Shown: positions 1 through 13,139 of the stretch, in pieces | Layout: the number at the start of each line of letters is the position of its first letter | How positions within the stretch are numbered: position 1 is the first letter of the stretch | Assembly: GCF_964204645.1 (NCBI RefSeq) | Contig: NC_134028.1 | Span: forward strand, 10,230,001 to 10,294,000 | DNA length: 64,000 nt | Reading direction: 5' to 3' | Source of the DNA: Tubulanus polymorphus | Taxonomy: Eukaryota; Animalia; Nemertea | Made by a program: the position numbers and the translations under genes | The notes under the pieces: model-generated | What the model was told of the DNA's origin: nothing | What the model saw: the letters and a program-made list of their open reading frames with translations, nothing else | The model's database searches: none

Positions 1-160
1 ATTCTAGTTGTTAGTAGTTGAAACAAAAATCAACTAGATTTAACTAGAAATAAACAAAAACAACAATATTTCAACTAGCTTGTTAATCTAGTTGAATTCT
101 AGTTACATTCTAGTTAAATTCTAGTTGCAACATCACACAATTAATTTTTTTGTTATATAA

Positions 161-766
161 ATGGGAGGTGAAAAGAAAATAAAATCTAAAAATGGTGATG
201 TTCCAATTGAAAAAACTTTAGATGATTTAGGAATAACTGAAACAAAATTAACTCCAGATGATGGTGCTTTAAATAATGTTACAACAAATAATAATTATGA
301 ATATTATCTTTATTGTAAACATCAATTAGAAATATTAATAGCATCTGGAAAATGTAAAAATTTTGTCGGTAAAAATTAAACTTATAATGAATTAGATACA
401 ATGAAATCAGATGAAATTATTAGATTATTTAAGATTTATGAAGCCGCGAGAACAGCTAGAGTTAATGACGCGATATCAGAAAATGTAGTAAAAGGTTATA
501 GTAAATTATGTAATTATATACTACCAATTGAAGATGAAAATAGATTATATTCCGATTTAAAAAATGATTATTTAGTTATGACTGAATTAAATAAATGGAT
601 TGGATATTTATCATTTCAATTAGGTGGATTTATGACATTATTATCAACTGGAGTTATAACATTTTCAAATATTGAAAGTAAAAAGATTTCTATAATAAAT
701 GAGCGAGGTGGAAGAAGTGAAGGAATTAACTGTGAAGAAAAAACCGAGATCACAGAAACAAATTGA
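161..766 (+). pseudogene. Conserved Polinton hypothetical protein (~200 aa, hydrophobic C-terminal segment), interrupted by an in-frame stop at 377-379
   Basis: ORFs 161-379 and 401-766 are in the same frame and together match the intact 196-aa ORF 54667-55257 of copy 3. Confidence 0.88.
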
Positions 767-1055
767 ATGGTCTCGGCAATTAGGAATTAAATCACAAGAA
801 TATAAAAAAGCTGTAAAAGAAAAAATAAGTAATAAAAATGGTGAAAATATTGTTATTTCTACTCCTTCTAATAATAGAATATTTGATAAATGTCTATATT
901 TTACAGTTGGAGTTGTAATTGTATTCATTTTGATTGGGTGTAATTGGTATAAGAAATCAAATAAAATTCATGATATTAATAATTCTGAAACAACTGCTAT
1001 CAAAAATGAAAATACTTCTGAAATTCCAAAATTTATAATAAAAAAAATGGATTAA
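699..1055 (+). CDS. Polinton small basic protein with one predicted TM helix
   Basis: 118-aa ORF with TAAATG start and hydrophobic stretch CLYFTVGVVIVFILIGC; homologs at 51437-51784 and 54339-54719. Confidence 0.78.
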   Translation: MSEVEEVKELTVKKKPRSQKQIEWSRQLGIKSQEYKKAVKEKISNKNGENIVISTPSNNRIFDKCLYFTVGVVIVFILIGCNWYKKSNKIHDINNSETTAIKNENTSEIPKFIIKKMD

Positions 1056-2118
1056 TATTTTAGAAAAAAAGCAAAAAAAAATAATTTTTTTTAATTAATT
1101 GAATATTAATTGAATATCTCACTACTTTTGTCTATCTATGCGGAGCAATTAAATTGTCCAGATAAGTCATTTCGGATTCTAGATATTCATTATTTTTATT
1201 AATTTATTTTGTTTTTACTTGAATATTGTATTACAGTCGTTTCTTATTATTAGTTTTTTCTTAAATTGAAAGATGGCAGCACTGGGTGTGATGCTAAAAT
1301 GAATATTTGAATTTGAATTTGTTTATCAATTAACATAGTAATTGATTACTAATTTGATTAAAGATTATATCATAATTAAGTTAAAAATCCATAATTCATT
1401 TATCAGTTTTCATTCTTACATTCTTTTCATTCGGAATAATTTATAATTTCAAATTTCACATATTTTTTTAGCACCAACAACACTTTACTTAGGTGTTTTA
1501 GCTAAGTATATAAGGCAATTCATTCGACCACTGGAGTGCCGCCGGGCTTGGTTTGCAGGGGCATTTCGAAAATGCACCTTTGTCCACCCTTCGTGGTTCT
1601 CCTTCAGTTTCGACGTTTCCTGTCAACCATTGAAGGAGAATTGGTGAGGTGTGGGTCACAGGGGTGTAAGTAGAAATGCTTGGGGATAGGTATCTCGATG
1701 CTCCTCTCAATAACGGGATGCTTATCCCCTAAAAACTCTGCGAGTCAAGTCGGGTGGTTTTGCTAAAACTTACCGTAAAAACATTGAAATATTCCTTTTA
1801 ATCACGACAGAATGATGACTATCCTCCTGTCGTCACGGCCGAGCTAATTTAAATAAACCCCGCTTTCAGCAACCAATGAAAACGTGGTGGTTCAATGCCG
1901 GCTAACTGGCTTGTGTGTGTTGTATGTACTGCGTGCTTAATATATAACTGCTAGCTATCCAATATAACAACAACGTTGTGCAACACCTGTTTGATTGATC
2001 AATATTCAAATGAAGCACTCTCTTATAATAACATGTAACAGATGTTTGACTGTATGATTGTAGTTGTTTATAAAACGACTAAGGTCATTTTTAGATATTC
2101 ATTATTTTTATTTTTTAT

Positions 2119-2445
2119 TTAATCAACAATTTCCAAATCATGATGACCGTCTTCATTTTTCCCATGATATATTATTTTAAATCCTACTAAATCTTTCAAT
2201 TCCTCTGTACTCAATGAAACCCATTTATCGGGTAAAAACACTTTAAATTCTCGTGATGTACTAACATTACAGTAGCTTAAATTAGCTGATACTTTCTCTC
2301 CATATTTAGTTTTTATCTTTTCTAATTTCAATATTTTATGTTCAATTTCTTTTGTAACATCAACTAACTTTTTTATTTCAAATTGTTTTTTTGCTGGTTT
2401 TATTCTGTTATTTATTGTTGCTAAGAATGCTTTTCTATCTCCCAT
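2119..2445 (-). CDS. Polinton terminal 108-aa protein, possibly an OB-fold ssDNA-binding protein
   Basis: Intact ORF starting inside the TIR-derived motif; frameshifted homolog at 52820-53145. The TKYG...VFLP...YHG beta-rich pattern suggests an OB fold (inference only). Confidence 0.7.
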   Translation of the reverse strand: MGDRKAFLATINNRIKPAKKQFEIKKLVDVTKEIEHKILKLEKIKTKYGEKVSANLSYCNVSTSREFKVFLPDKWVSLSTEELKDLVGFKIIYHGKNEDGHHDLEIVD

Positions 2446-2625
2446 TTATAAGGAAAACAAATTACTTGTGGTGATGAGTGGGGATTACTTCCCCTGTATA
2501 AAACAAACACGCTATTAACCGTTCTCACCCAAGCCTCACAGCATCTATTTATCCGGATACAGTTAACACACGCGCAGCTGTTGTTACGCGCACTCACTGT
2601 TTATGTGTGTCACAATTTTACTGCG

Positions 2626-2874
2626 TAATATTTCTAAAATTTCAATTGTATCTTTTATTTCTAGTGAATCAATATAATTTCTAACATTTTCCATGTAAGG
2701 TTTATTTGATTTATCAATGTATTTTTTACAATATGGACAATGATATTGATTTTCATTAACATCAATTTGTTCTGTCTTATTCTCTTCCATTTATAAGGAA
2801 AAAAATTACTTGTGGTGATGAGTGGTGTCTCGACCTCTCGACCTCTGATCTGAAACCCCACTTTTACAATTACT
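2626..2874 (-). mobile_element. Inverted, internally deleted left end of another Polinton copy (TIR plus PolB N-terminus)
   Basis: 2790-2874 is the reverse complement of the copy-2 left TIR (ends ...caattact at 2874). ORF 2584-2790 matches the start of ORF 33759 (CxYCKKYID; SNKPYMENVRNYIDSLEIKDTIEILE) with a large deletion. Confidence 0.85.
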
Positions 2875-3196
2875 GACACCATCCATCTAATTGAATGAAA
2901 TACGAGTACATATATGTATATATATTAACAGTAATAAATCGCAGCATTTTAAAACTACTACTTAGTACAAGTTCAATAAACTTTAATACAGCAATTAAAT
3001 GTTCTTTGCCTTTAAAATTTGCCTTTACAAGTCATATTAAGGCATGGATAACTATACACGTACGTATGTGCAGTAGCAACTAACAATAGTAACAAGGAAT
3101 GATTGAATTCAAATAGATATATATGTACTAAATAAATGAGTGTCTTAATACCAATTATTTTCATTAATGGATGTATTTAATTAAGTAATGAATTAA

Positions 3197-5728
3197 CCCT
3201 TTGAGACCCGGATTAATTATTACACATGCTATCCCAGTCCCAGATTAATTTAAGGTAATTGCAAGGCGAAAACATCCTATATTCAAATGCTTTTAGCTCC
3301 CAGCCTATTAGAGATACAGCTTTGGTGTAGGAGAAACTTTTGCACAGTTCTTTATAAGCTTTCTAATGATACCAAATTTGTCGTATTTTGAAAAATCTTT
3401 TTGGGGTAAATTATGGAAAATTCATGAAAAACGTACAAATTCTGACGAAAATTGTCTTTTTTGTCTCAAAATCATTAGCTGTTCAAGAAATAAAGCGTAA
3501 AAGTATATTAGAGACTGAAATAAACATGATTTGTCTCACCTTACTGATTATTCATGTGATTCTGCCTCCAATACAGCTTATAATCCACAAAACGATGATA
3601 AATCTCAAAGCATGGAACGTCACACAAACGTACAGGAGGTACACATGTTTTACACTGCCTTTGTGTCTGATGCCGGCGAACATACTTTTTGTTCTCTCTA
3701 AGTGTGCACACAACACAATCAGGCCTGCCATTAGTTTTTTTCCATAAAATGTGCTCCTCCATTCAAACGCTGTGGTGCATCGTTATGCCGAATCTGACGA
3801 CCAAGTTGATGAGGTGCACGTTGGTAGTCAGCAATAAGTTCATGGCATAACTTCAAACGAAAGTGTCTACTGGTCAATGCATCAGCAGCATTGGACACCT
3901 TGTGCATAATGTATGCATTTGTTACTGCTGTGATAAGCAGGTGGCAAAAAACCTTTTTCCACCATTTCACTGAACGATGTAGTATGCTGAAATAGGAGTT
4001 GTATTGATCATTCAAATCAACTCCACCCATATACGTGTTGTAGTCTTCAATTGCATTAGGTTTTTCGATTTCGAGTAGACAATACACAAACTGGGCGTTT
4101 GTCATACCAACCAATTGCTAACATGTCTGACGCATTATGCCATAACATCAAAGGCGACATGTCCTGCAATTGTCGTTTGTTGGTGCGGGCCGTGAATTGC
4201 TTCAGTTTTAGTGGATTTCCTGCACGATTTGCCCTAACAGTGCCACAGGCACCAATGTTTCGATCTTTTAGGTCCACAAATAGTCACACTAGTGAAGAAA
4301 TTGTCAAATGTTATGACCTGGCCAGCCCGAACATTCTGCGATGCGTCCATAACAACTCGACACCCAAGGTCAACTTGACCACCGTGCGCTCCTTTGTATA
4401 GCGTCCAATTGTGGGCGTAACCAGTTTTCGACCCAGCCAGTATCCATGCTTTCATGCCCCACTTGACAGGCTTACTCTTGATGTATTGCAACATAGAAGT
4501 TCGACCCTTGAAGGCTATCATGCCTTCATCCACGGGCAGAAACTTTTCCATATGGAAGGCGTCATTCCATGCGTGAACTAGCTGTTCAATCAAAGACTTG
4601 ACCTTGAATGTCCTGTCATAACCAGGCTGCCCTCTTTGAATTTGTGTTTCGTTATTCACAGGATGCAAGAATCGTAATAGCATCAAAAACCGATTGCGGC
4701 TCATTACGGCTCGGAATCCTGGTTTATCAGTCAGAGGATCAGTAGACCAATGTGCACGAAAAGATCCCCGATCTTCATATCCCGTCAGTAACAACAATGC
4801 CAGGAATGCTTTCATTTCGTCACTAGTGACATTATACCAGGTTTCTAGAACACTATCATATAAACGATCAAATAACGATTTGTTTCAGTCACTAGCATGT
4901 CTATAATAGTGTCCGGAAAAGCTTTTGTGAAAAAGTCAATTGGCGTGTAGTCCGTTGTATCGAACTTGGGCTCACCAGGATTCGGAGTTGTACTGCGGCA
5001 ACCAGTTAGGAGCGGGGTGGTTTCTATCTTCAGCCCAATCAGGATCCTGATCAATGTTGGCACCTTGTGCACGTCCACCACGACCACGCACTGGGGCATG
5101 ACCTCTCCCAGTTCCACGACCCCGCCTGTCTCTAACAGCAGCAGTAGCTCGACCACGTCCACGTCCCCGACCACGGACGACAGGTGCTGCTGGGGGTTGG
5201 GGATTGTCATTATCAGTACTGTCACTATCAGCAGACTTATTATCATCACTATCAGGAGTATTATCGTCACTTACAGGACTATTTTCACCATTATTGTCAC
5301 TTACTTCCGCATCTAAATCACTTCCGGGTTCACTTTCGGTTTCATTTCCGGGTTCAAAATCGCTTTCTGAACCACTTTCAGCGTTTGAGTCACTGTCATT
5401 AGAGTCACTGTCAGCAAATATCTCTCTTATTTCATGATCACTAAACCTGCGTGACATTTTATGAACGTTCCTTTCACCAAAAACTGCAATTTCGCTTCAA
5501 CTTCAATTTTCGCAAAATTCTTGAGTAGCAAAATACCGTTCCAATAGTTTCAATGGGACGCATTGAACCTTTTCTTGCATACACAGGCGGTGGCAGCTAA
5601 AATCCGGCGCAGGTTACGCTGACACGTCGGGATAAAGTAGGCATGCCTGGTGCTCGCAATTTTGCGAGAGTGGGACCGACGGAACTGCTCCCGGTGCTCA
5701 CAAAATTGCGAGAGTGGGTCTCAAAGGG
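3197..5728 (-). mobile_element. piggyBac DNA transposon, full length but degenerate
   Basis: TTAA target duplication at 3193-3196 and 5729-5732; 13-bp TIR CCCTTTGAGACCC / GGGTCTCAAAGGG; subterminal repeats at 5650-5720. Confidence 0.96.
3541..5457 (-). pseudogene. piggyBac transposase, several frameshifts
   Basis: Fragments contain MSRNRF, PVDEGMIAFKGR, KPVKWGMK, FDNFFTS, GTVRANR, YNTYMGGVDLNDQ, KWWKKVF, a C-terminal Cys-rich domain and an acidic N-terminus. Confidence 0.95.
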
Positions 5729-6913
5729 TTAATGTGTATCAGCAAACCAACGCAGCCAAGAATCTATTAGATGAATGTAACAACTTTGTGTACTCTTTAA
5801 CTAGGAAAAGCTCAGGTCACCATATAAAATTGAATAACAAATTAGCTGTAAATAAATGCTGTTCTATAAATTGCTCAGAGTTGAAAAATCGCCCATAGTG
5901 CTTAAATTATATAAATGCCTAGAGGCAAACCATTTTGTAGAGACAATGGTATCCGGTGACAAGTATCAGTTAGTCAATGAAAAGATTATATCAAAATAAC
6001 ATTTTACAAGTAATATTTTCAACCCAGAATTTAAGAAAAATTATTTGCAGTATTTTGAGATGATTATAAGAATCCTTAAAATAATTATATCTGTAGGAAA
6101 AACATTTCAACATTTCCCAATTTATTGTGGATTTTCTTGCACAACTAGAACACTATCTACTTGGTATGATTGAATAATAACAAAATCCCACAAGTAGCAG
6201 TGGTTCTGATTTGATTTTTGCTTTCACATTCAACTTAAATTTTTACCGAGAATAAATCCTCCTTTGTAAAACATATGTAGAGGAAAAAAACATGTTTACA
6301 CTGCGGAGGTGACAGCTACCTGGTATTTATTTTTCATGTTAAAAAAGCGTCGTTTCGAGTTTTAAATTAGAAGCATGAGCGAATGCAGTTTCAGATTGAG
6401 GACCATGGGCCATCTATCAATGAGCCTCTCTTTGTACACAGCGGGGAAGTATGGAAGTAATTTCGTGATATATAAAGGGATTATCATGCACCAAAAAGTT
6501 AAAAAGAAAATTGACAAGATAAATGCAGAACACATAAAATTTAAATCTTTTAAACCTCCCCACTGTCCTGCCCCCTTTTAAACAAAAACCACCCCTAAAA
6601 ATGACAATGGATTTGATTTTCTAGTCATCTTGTTCGTGTTGTTGATGATTTTGATTCTGCAGACGCCTGCGATCCCGGCCGCCATTTCTATCTTTAGCAT
6701 GTTTAAACCATGCTTGAAGCACCTTTTCTATCTAAACGTTAGTGACCTTTCTTGTTGCTGGATTCTTTCGCACAGCTTCTGCAGTGAAAGTTTAAATGTA
6801 TTAGTGATAGGCAATTTTAGGGGTTAGTTAGGGTTAATTAGTTAGGGTTTGGGCGAGCAAAACTACCAATAAGTTTTTAAATCCTGATATACAATGGTAC
6901 AAAATACACTTAC

Positions 6914-7073
6914 CATATACCGCTTTCATAAGTTTGAGAGCAGAAAAAGAATGCTTTCCATTTTTCCCGCTCCAATTAAAACGCAGCGTCAAATCCAGGG
7001 AGATCAGATTTCCCAAAATCCTCCTAACGCACTCTATCACATCAGACCCTCCATATATGCTTAGATATGCTGT
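6914..7073 (-). pseudogene. Exon of a DUF4806-like gene
   Basis: AG/GT-bounded exon reading TAYLSIYGGSDVIECVRRILGNLISLDLTLRFNWSGKNGKHSFSALKLMKAVY, fitting the DUF4806 pattern GG..VRRIL..NWxG..GK..F..L. Confidence 0.65.
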
Positions 7074-10000
7074 CTAAAAATACACAATTTAAACTGAAAC
7101 AAGGCCCTATTTATGTTACAGTTATTTTTTGTTTCCCATACTTAAAAGGTCCGATACATTTTTTTCATCACTTTTTTTTCAACTCGCTCGTTTGACAAAA
7201 CACGCAGCAGGGAGGATGTATCCATCTGGTAAAACATTGTCACGTTCCTCCAGGTTAAGATGACGAAGAATGTGACACATGACCCTCGCCAAGTTATTTA
7301 CGTCCATCTTACGCTCCTCGAGCAGTTCAATCTGGCTTTTAGCTACAATTCAGATAAACTAGGGGTCCAGGGACACCATGCCCACTTGGGAAGTGGTTTC
7401 AAATGCTCAACAATCTAACAATTTCAATATTCAACGCCCCCTGGTGACCATATACAAAAACCACAATCATAAAACATGTCATATGCTGCGATTTTGTAAT
7501 TGATTGTGATAACAAAATATGCCTCGTTACCAATTTTATATGGAAATAGTAAGTTATTCTACAATTCAACGCCCCCTGGTGACCATATTCAAAAACCAAT
7601 GACCTTGAAACTCGCCACAATCATAGAACATGTCATGAACTACAACTTTTCAATTGATCATGTTAAAAAAATATGCCTAGGCACCAATATAATATAGTCC
7701 AGGAGCATATGTCTCGAGTGAAAATTTTATGTTAAAGCTTGGCACCAAACATTTTCTGAATCTATGGAACTTGTAGTTACAGAAAAGTTTTGGTGCCATT
7801 TTTTCATTGTTGACAACCATTTCTACTTAGCCAGTGGGCATAATTTTGTCCAATTTCAAATAAAAAATGAAAATGCTCTCTCGGGAAGACAAATTAACAT
7901 TTTATTATAATTTAAACTGTATCTTAACATTAAATATCCATATATTCTTAATCAACAGCTGTTAATCATATAAGATGCAGGGAAGGTACCGAAAAATCAC
8001 AGAGTTTTTGCTTTTTGGCCCATTTTTTGCTTTTTTTGCTCTGTTGTCATAACTGTTGCATTGTTACATGGAAATTATAGAATAATACCAATCCGTCTAG
8101 TGTCATTTTATATGATGGAGTTAGGCTTCAATTCTCGACCATGGGTACCAATGACAATAAAAAGTTTCCATGGCAACGGAAGCTTAAATTTGAAAGTGAT
8201 TTGGCAGAAAAATCATGTTTTGGCGGCTCAAGCTATTAGTTTTGTCTACGGAAAGTAAAGGGTCTATTGACAATTCTTTGCTAATACATGTACTTATACT
8301 ACTACTTACTTCCTGGTTTTTAAGTAAGTGTTAAGGCTGTTGCCATGGATACAGACAGGAGCGCCAAAATATCACTGGGATCTCTTTTTTCGTGCGTATT
8401 AATTGTAATACTTTGATCATGTTTGTTTCGGAATCTAAACTGGAGTATACCGGTATACCGGTACCTTAATATCAAGTGGCTGCATAGTATGAGCTTACGG
8501 CATATTACTCCAATTCAGATTACAGCCAGAATCACTTTATCATTATATGGAATGCGCCAGTACAACTCACACAAGGCAAAAACAGTCAATAAGCTAAAAG
8601 ATATAGTGAACATTGGTTTCTATTTAACATAATGTATAGTAAATTCAGCTACTTCAGCTCCAATGGCACTGTATACATCAGTGATCGCCACTTTTCTTCT
8701 ATATTCTCCAGATCCAATGATAATATGTGGACTTCGGCTCAACCTTGGATAGCAGGCAACTGCCATGACAAACACATCAGTGTCGGGTGACATTATACTG
8801 ATGCTGACATTTGGATTTTCTTCAGCTATTTTCACTGCATGTATGATCATAATTGTGTCCGCTTCTTCGTGGGTATTATCGAAGGTTGTAGCATCTCGGA
8901 AGTTTGACATGGTACCTTCTTCAGATGAAACCACAAAGCAGCGAGATTCTGTTAGCAACTTCCTGGCAAGGTAGCAGCTGAGGTTTTTCTTTGTCTTCAC
9001 GTTTTGAAGAAACTTTGAAAGTTTCTCACCAATTGGAGTTCTGTCACTGCATATACTGAAACTTCTGCCACATTGCCTGTTACCTCGTTTTGTCCTAGTT
9101 TGAGACTTCAATGACTTTTCCTGGTATCTGTCAAATATGACATGTGTTTCATCATAGGTCTGGGATCGAGACTTAACGATTTGCGAAAATGCATGTGCAA
9201 GGTCAGCACAATATAAAAATACCCGAGCTCAGTTCCTGGACAACTACCATGCCATCAACTATAATGACCGACTTTTCACATTCTATGCTGGCATTCTCTG
9301 TTTTGCCACTCTTTGTAATCTCCTACAGTTTGTTCGGTGTAACCGCTTTGTCCGAGCAGGCATGAAGGGATCCGTCTGATGCAAATAGCGGCCTACTGAC
9401 TACAGACATTTCGAATTGGCCAATAACCTCTGGCAACTTGACTGTGCAGCAATTAGCAATCTTGTCATCAGCGTTCTGTCTTCTTTCAGCTCTATGACTT
9501 CTTCTTTTAGTGTCACCTTCTTTACTTTATTATTTGCATTCCACAACTTGATTATTTGCTTTTTCATCTTGCTCCATAGATTCACAGTCCCTTTAACTCT
9601 TTTATCAACAAATGTCCTGAAAACCGATGATCCAATCTCAATGCAGGATAGAAGACTTTGTTGAATGTCTGATGGGAGGACAACCTTAGTGACGATGTTG
9701 TAAAGGCAGTTGCCTTCTTGGCAGAATATGTTCTCAGGCATGGAATCTCTTATTTGCTTAACTGATGACTCCTGTTTCTTCAGGTACCGGTCTGACAATT
9801 TGTGATGCACTGTTGTAGTTTTCCGAGAATAATGCGCTAATGTGTCTGCTTCCTCACTGAGACGCCCAAGGTCCGCATTGATCGATTGACTTGTTCCAAA
9901 GCGTGGTCCACACCAAGCATACAAAATGGTACGTTTGACTTTTTGACACAGAAATTCTTTTCACAGAACCACTGCCAGATATCTGGGTCTGTTTCTTTTA

Positions 10001-10769
10001 GACTCTTCATTTTAGCAATGTATCCTGGAACATGTTGGGCGCACTTCAGACGATTAGCCGTAAAGAATATAGCACAAAGTTTCTCTAATGCCGCCAAATG
10101 GAGCTCCCAGTTTCCAGTTCGTGTAGCTTTTATGAACTGCAGTATGTCTAGAATGGTATCCATGTACATGCATCCCCACTGAAGCATTGGGTTTGACGTT
10201 TGCTTCTGGAAATTTCTAAGGGCTTCTGCAATCTTCATTTTTCAGCCTGTCATGTGCCAGATTTATTGCTGCTTTATCATTTGAATCGCATGATCCCTGA
10301 AGCAACATCACAGCTTCTTGAAGTGGTCTTTTCGCCTCTGGCTTCATGAGAAAAAATGCTTCAAATACAAGTCATACAACATCTGTAATGTTATCTGATG
10401 TGCCCTCAACGCCCTCTTCATGTTTTTCCCTGCTAGAATTTTAGACACAGTAGTACCACTGTAAAGTCCAGCATCTCCCCAAAGGTAATCAAGTCCACTA
10501 CTGTCGATCATCGTACCAATTGCCCTCAGAGCACACAACACAGTATGAAGCTCTCCTATGCAGAAGATGAAATTCTTAAAGTAGCTTGGTTGTGAATCTT
10601 GGAAAGTCATTGCTTGAATATACAGGTCTATATCAAATGTGACAATAACTTGGCTCTGTGGTCCAACGAGCTTCAGTTTCAGAACTGTCAGCAGTGTTTT
10701 CATTTCATGAGCTGGTGCCTTTAACAGTGGCAGCGCACGCACTGTAGTATTTGGCTTGTTTACCACTTC

Positions 10770-11623
10770 TGTTCGTAGAGAATGGAATGCTGCTCATGTT
10801 GGCGTATGTGTGATACTTCATTGGGTGAGAATTCCTCGCGGCCACCAGTAATTGCACGGACCGTAAAAGCGTTCGTTTGCTTGTACTCGTCGTCGCTTCT
10901 GTGTTATTTTATCTTGGTCTGTTTCCGAGGACGTTCTGCTACAATGTATATATGTGTGCTTCTTGTGGTATCTGTGCGTGCGTAGGCGGAGCGCCACTGT
11001 TGTGACGCCATTTCCAATTAAAAGTCAATTATCTTTACGCGCCGTTGTACATCGTCCCGCTGAGGGCCAACAATGTGAAGATGCACGTGGTAATAATTAA
11101 GATGATATTTAATAAATATCATCTTAATTATTACCACGTGCGTGCTATGTCCTGAGGCACGCAGCTTTGTAACTTTCTTTTTGCCTGCAGCTGTCAAGCG
11201 AGACGGTCTGCAAAATGAGCACGCACGGAAAGATTGTCAGTCGGGAGTCGGCCGATATAAAGGCAATTGACAGCGGTATAAAAGATAAATTTAACTGGCA
11301 CTGGCTAGAGTGCAAGGACTACTTATCGAACTACATTCGTAAGTTAGACTTAGCTGGCGTGGCGTACTGCGTCGTTTGTAAAGACCAGGTCAAATACGGT
11401 AGTGGCGGGAAAAAAGATATTCTTCGTCACCGGGATCGCGCGGGGCATAAGAAGGCAGCGAGGGATGTGAAGCACAACGAATGGCTGCCGTCGTATTTTC
11501 AGATACCCAGATCGCTCTAGAACGCATCTCCGGGGATGCAAAGACAAATTTTTTCGGGGGGAGGGCCCCCAGACCCCCCTTTCTAAATTCCGGAATTTTG
11601 GTACTTTGGCCCTAGCATCTCTG
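10770..11623 (+). mobile_element. hAT-like non-autonomous relic inside the Academ ORF
   Basis: ORF 11215-11520 has a BED-like zinc finger (W..LE...AYCVVC...YG...H....H). The right end ...CTAGCATCTCTG resembles a CAG-type TIR. No matching left TIR was found. Confidence 0.5.
11083..11141. repeat. Perfect palindrome with 29-bp arms and a 1-nt spacer
   Basis: gcacgtggtaataattaagatgatattta-a-taaatatcatcttaattattaccacgtgc. Confidence 0.97.
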
Positions 11624-13139
11624 GTAAGTAATCATCATTCTCATTGAGTATATAACCACTGTAGGATGGTGATTTTTTTGGACGTCCACTGCTAGAGTAA
11701 CCTTCAGATGTGGCAGTCATACTATTCGGAACGTTTTCAATTGATCCTCGACCAGAATATTTGACCAAAGAAGTCGCTTTGTGGTATGTATCACCATCAG
11801 GTTGGAAAACCACAGTCACTGTTCCATGAAATGTATTCTTGCCATCTACTGTATCTTCTAAGAAGTCTACGTTGTCCACTGCGAAGAACAAGGGTCTGCC
11901 ATGTACTATTCCTGCTGGAATGAAGACATTTTTCATTTGCATCTGATGGATGACAGATTCCGCCAGCTGTGTTTCAATTCTTATTATCCTGGAATAATCG
12001 ACACTAAGGTCGAATGAATGAAGGAAATCAATCAGACCCCTGCTTCTAGTCATCGAGTGAACCTTGAGACCTACGGCTAGTGACTGTGTTTGTTCATTTT
12101 GCGTTGAGTTTCGAAATCCACCTTCCCTGTTTTTGGCACAAAATTTACTTGGCGACTTGTCTTTACTTTGCTCAGTATCTGTCCAGCAATGTTTAGCACG
12201 TCCTTTCATTTTGAATCATATCAATTATATCCGACCGTATCATGGCTGCACAGTCATTGATGGATTCCATGTTAACTGGTTGATGTGCTTTATGCCTCTT
12301 GTTCTTACTGTTTGCCACAACAACTTCTGCCATTCATTTATTTGGTCTTTTGAAGATCAGGGAGATTGTCTTTAATTTTTGACTTGACCTTTGCCCTGTT
12401 TACGAAAACATTCTCATTCATATCATGCTTGCATAGAACAGCTGAATACTCATCTGTCAGTGAAGAAACTGTTATCACATCATTAGCAGTGGCTAAGTCA
12501 TTGAGGAATTCAACATCTGCTAAAACTGTTTTTGTAGTATTTCTTTGGCCGCTTCTTTGCACATGCTTTACATAGCAAGGCAGATGGTATAGTACTTCGG
12601 GGACCTGGGACTCCAGTACAGATTGAAACCTAATGTGGAGCTTGCTATTTTGGCTGGCAATTATCGCAAATGTTATCTTTTGAAGAGTGTTACCAGCGTC
12701 TGTGTCAACTTTGTGCAAGTCTCCTCCTGGATCTTCACAGAAAAGGCAGGAGTCATTCTTGAGAGGTTTCTGCTGTGAACGAAGAACTTTGGTTTGGATT
12801 TCAGCAGATATATCTTGTGAACATCCTGTTGACTTTAACGGCACGGAACTATCAGTTGGTCGCCCCTTTCTCCGTGTCTGCAGGAACCTCAAATCGTTTG
12901 TTATTTTGGCTTTCTCAAACCTATCTTGCAGGCGTTTCATGTGCTGCTTGTGCGTGAATTTTTAGTAGCATGATCTGTGCCAGGAACAGTCGTTTAAACT
13001 GTAAACAACAAGAAACATACATTGGTAGGGACAATCGGGTGCTTTGTGTGTGCGCAGTGATTTTATGTTCATCCAAGTTGCACGACGCTAGGCCACACGT
13101 ATTGAAACATTTGATATTTGTGGACTATATTCGACTGAT

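Larger units (their letters stand above)
1..2483 (+). mobile_element. Polinton/Maverick copy 1, right-hand part (rest lies outside the window)
   Basis: Collinear and highly similar to 50740-53180 of copy 2: CTAG repeat block, two membrane ORFs, GC-richer segment, 108-aa ORF and inner part of the TIR (cccatttataaggaaaacaaattacttgtggtgatgagtgg at 2441-2483). Confidence 0.92.
8620..13000 (-). pseudogene. Academ transposase plus XPG/PIN-like nuclease, fragmented
   Basis: Motifs YHLPCY, FAVDNVDFLEDTVDGKNTFHGT, IGELHTVLCALRAIG, KRALRAH, ATRTGNWELHL, DHALEQVNR and HEEADT...SPDTDVFV across ORFs 12338-12940, 11583-12209, 10344-10766, 9837-10238, 9400-9924 and 8620-9111. Confidence 0.85.

Noticed and set aside
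1729-1773. Short GT-AG intron in the GC-rich Polinton segment
   Set aside because: GTAAGT...AG is present in copies 1 and 2, but it is only ~45 nt and I could not build a consistent upstream coding exon in both.
4966-5437. Plus-strand Ser/Leu/His-rich ORFs, and similar antisense ORFs over the Academ, LINE and Polinton genes
   Set aside because: They are shadows of the real genes on the opposite strand.
6817-6850. Telomeric TTAGGG repeats
   Set aside because: Only three interrupted units, too short to call an interstitial telomere.
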